Source: the human T2T-CHM13v2.0 reference genome, Homo sapiens | Strand: one strand, 5' to 3' | Assembly (NCBI RefSeq): GCF_009914755.1 | Contig: NC_060938.1 | DNA length: 64,000 nt | In this document: positions 43,669-64,000 of the stretch, in pieces | How positions within the stretch are numbered: position 1 is the first letter of the stretch | Layout: each line of letters starts with the position of its first letter | Position numbers and translations under genes: made by a program | The notes under the pieces: model-generated | The model's input: only the letters and a program-made list of their open reading frames with translations | Databases searched by the model: none | What the model was told of the DNA's origin: nothing

Positions 43669-44729
43669 TGCTGCCGCCATCTCCCTTACACAGTTGAGTA
43701 AACCGAGGCACAGAAGAAAATGAAGTAGCCCCAGATGACGTAGGAAATGGCAGAACTGAAGGGAAAAGCAGAGCAGGGGGCTGTAGAGTTAAACTGTTCT
43801 TCATTCCGGTGGCACTAGACCTGCCCGGGCGGCCAGAGGACACGTGGCTCCTGTCCTGTCTGCCGTGTGGCTAGGGGACAGCCGTGCTTGTGCTGTGCCG
43901 TCTGAGTGTTTGTTTCTGTCTGTGGGAATAAAGGGGTTGCCAGACACCCTCCCTGCTCTGTGGAGGGAGGGTGGAATCATGCCTTTGGCCACTTTGCCCA
44001 CTCCCCCTTGGGCCGGAGCATCAGCATTAGCTGTGCCACAGGGTGGTATGCGCTCTGCTGAAGGTGGCACCTTCAGGGAAAGGCAGTCTGCCGGGGAGGC
44101 TAGCGAGCACCCTGGGTAGGAGCTGAGCGTGGCCTCCGCGCCTCCTCATGGGAAGTGCTGGAGATGCAGGAGCCCCTGAGCCAGAGCCCAGCGCTCTTAC
44201 AAGAGACCTCACTTCCTGTTCGGGGACTGGGGCTGCTAAGTCAGAGTGCGCCTCCTGCACCCGCCACCCTGGATGTGGTTCCATTCCCTGGTCCCTGAGC
44301 CATAGCTGGGGGGCATGAGACTGTCCCCTGGGCTGCTTTGGGGACCCTACTTCAGGGCAGCCCTGCCACTCCCTGTAACGGGCTGTGGGTCCTGCCCTGT
44401 GGCCTTCCTACCTCTCTTGCGTGTGGGTGAGCCTGAGCGTGGCCACCGCCCTGGGAGTGCCACAGAGGCAAGCGGCACTGGTCCTCATGTGTAAACAGCC
44501 CCACCAGCACGCGGGGCTGGAGTAGTCAGGCCGGGACCTGTCCCAGGAATGGGCAGGCTGTTAACCTAGGATGCATTCAAGTTAGGACACATTTCATTCC
44601 CGTGTAGCGGTGGCTCCCAGTTCCTCCGCAGAACCTGCAGGAGTGTGCGTGATGAAACCCGTCACTCGTTGTGTATGGTAGACATACCTGCCTGGGTCGT
44701 AATCACTTGTGAAGAAAATGAATTATGCT

Positions 44730-49258
<4,529 letters not shown>

Positions 49259-49298
49259 TTGTTTATCCTTTCTCCTTAAGTCTTAATGTTTAAGCTGA

Positions 49299-52062
<2,764 letters not shown>

Positions 52063-52219
52063 CTATGAATAGTTTAGCTTTAACAAGGGCAGGGAAAGGG
52101 CAAAGCAGTTGAGGCCTGGTCAGTTGAACTCATCCTCAACTGGGAGCCACTTCTGGGCCAGGGCACCAAGCCTCAGTCCCTGCCACCGTGTCACCTGTGC
52201 ATCCTCTGTTTCTCTACAG

Positions 52220-52325
52220 AGATTGGTACAAGCGCAATTTTGCCATCACCTTCTTCATGGGAAAAGTGGCCCTGGAAAGGATTTGGAACAAGCTTAAACA
52301 GAAACAAAAGAAGAGGAGCAACTAG
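52220..52325 (+). CDS. COA8: COA8 coding exon 5 (last), cytochrome c oxidase assembly factor 8
   Basis: Acceptor TCTCTACAG|A; [37 protein letters not shown](52323-52325). The exons sum to 162+198+64+91+106=621 nt = 206 aa + stop. Confidence 0.97.
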
Positions 52326-52546
52326 GAGTCCACTCTGACCCAGCCAGAGTCCAGGTTTCCACAGGAAGCAGATGGAGCTCCTTTCACAGGGGCTCTGAGA
52401 AAAACTGGAGCTGATCTCAAGAAGCCCCACATCTTCCTAAGGGGCCCCATGGCCTGTTTGGGGGCAGGGTAGGTCCTGGGGCACTGTGGGCCGCCTGCCT
52501 GCTGATGTGGGCTCTAGGCCAGCTTGTTGTCACGTACGTGGTGTGA

Positions 52547-52552
52547 AATAAA
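52547..52552 (+). terminator. COA8: COA8 polyadenylation signal AATAAA
   Basis: First AATAAA after the stop codon, followed by GT-rich CGTTTCCTGTGTTT ~20 nt downstream. Confidence 0.75.
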
Positions 52553-52624
52553 GCCCAAGCACTGGGTGCCCGTTTCCTGTGTTTCGAATTATACCAATTC
52601 AAAACAGAACTATTTAAAAATATT

Positions 52625-57115
<4,491 letters not shown>

Positions 57116-57852
57116 CTCTATTCTGCTGAGATTTTTAAAGTTAAAATTGTAACAGTGTGTCTGGTTAGGAAATCGGAGCAGCATAGGAAGGAGTAGATGA
57201 CAAAGGAATAGGCTTCCTTTCTAAATCCATAATTAATTTTCCTGAAGGTGAGGCTGGAGGTTCCTGTTCTGAAAGCCCCCTTATTGGGAGGCAGCCAGTA
57301 GAGTTTGGGGTCTGGGTGCTGCTGGCATTTTCCTCCCCGTGGCCCACTGGGTTCGCCTTCCCAGAGTCTTATTAGATTCCCTCTCAGGCTCCCCCATGCT
57401 TGCATTATTTTTTTGCCTTTTAACATAGATCCCTTCTGAACGGTGTGCTACAGCGCCTTCATTCCTTTCCAGAGTATTTTCCTCTGTGATGCATGCTCTG
57501 CAGTGGATCAGCTTTTGTCGTGGATGGCTGAGCGTGAGGCTGAGCCACCCCTGCCTCCTGGTGGATGTGGGCCGCACCCCTCCAGCTGGTCCCACCTGCC
57601 GACCAGCTGTTCTGGTTGCTCCCTCATCTATAGGCTGCAAGCGTTTGAAGGGAGGAGATGTGGGGAATGGTTAAAATCTGTCAATGTTTATTCAGCCGAG
57701 AAATACTGAGCACCTGCTCTGCTGGGCACAAGGGCCCCGATGTTGGTAGTTCATTGTTGCTCCCCCTGCACAGACTAGCAAGATTTAAAGTAAGAGAAAA
57801 AAGCCAGCCACATAATGTAGACCCCACCAGAATGTTTTACAGAATCAGCTGA

Positions 57853-63918
<6,066 letters not shown>

Positions 63919-64000
63919 TGGCCAGGTGCAGTGGCTCACCCATGTAATCCCAGCACTTTGGGAGGCCGAGGCGGGCAGATCACCTGAGGTCAGGAGTTCG

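Overview
Human (primate) genomic DNA: the BAG5 / COA8 (APOPT1) locus, recognised from the protein sequences (14q32.33 from memory). Bases 1-~15,000 are GC-rich intergenic sequence with scattered repeats and a processed U7 snRNA pseudogene. BAG5 lies on the minus strand with its whole 447-aa CDS in one exon (21866-23209), a ~3.3 kb 3'UTR and two alternative first exons. One first exon splices through a GC-AG intron to give a 488-aa form; the other creates a spliced 8-codon uORF. A CpG island (~24,050-25,400) is shared head-to-head with COA8 (plus strand, 5 coding exons, 206 aa, or 193 aa from Met14). COA8 introns and the 3' flank are very Alu-dense and contain a U4 snRNA retrocopy, nested Tigger-family DNA transposons, solo LTRs and old L1 fragments. 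I see no convincing new gene or multi-gene system. The best leads are small: a 42-nt hairpin retrocopy with poly(A) and a 15-bp TSD, the BAG5 uORF / GC-AG isoform switch, a candidate truncating alternative last exon of COA8, and repeated retro-insertion into single target sites. Repeat boundaries and subfamily names are read by eye from remembered consensus sequences and are approximate.
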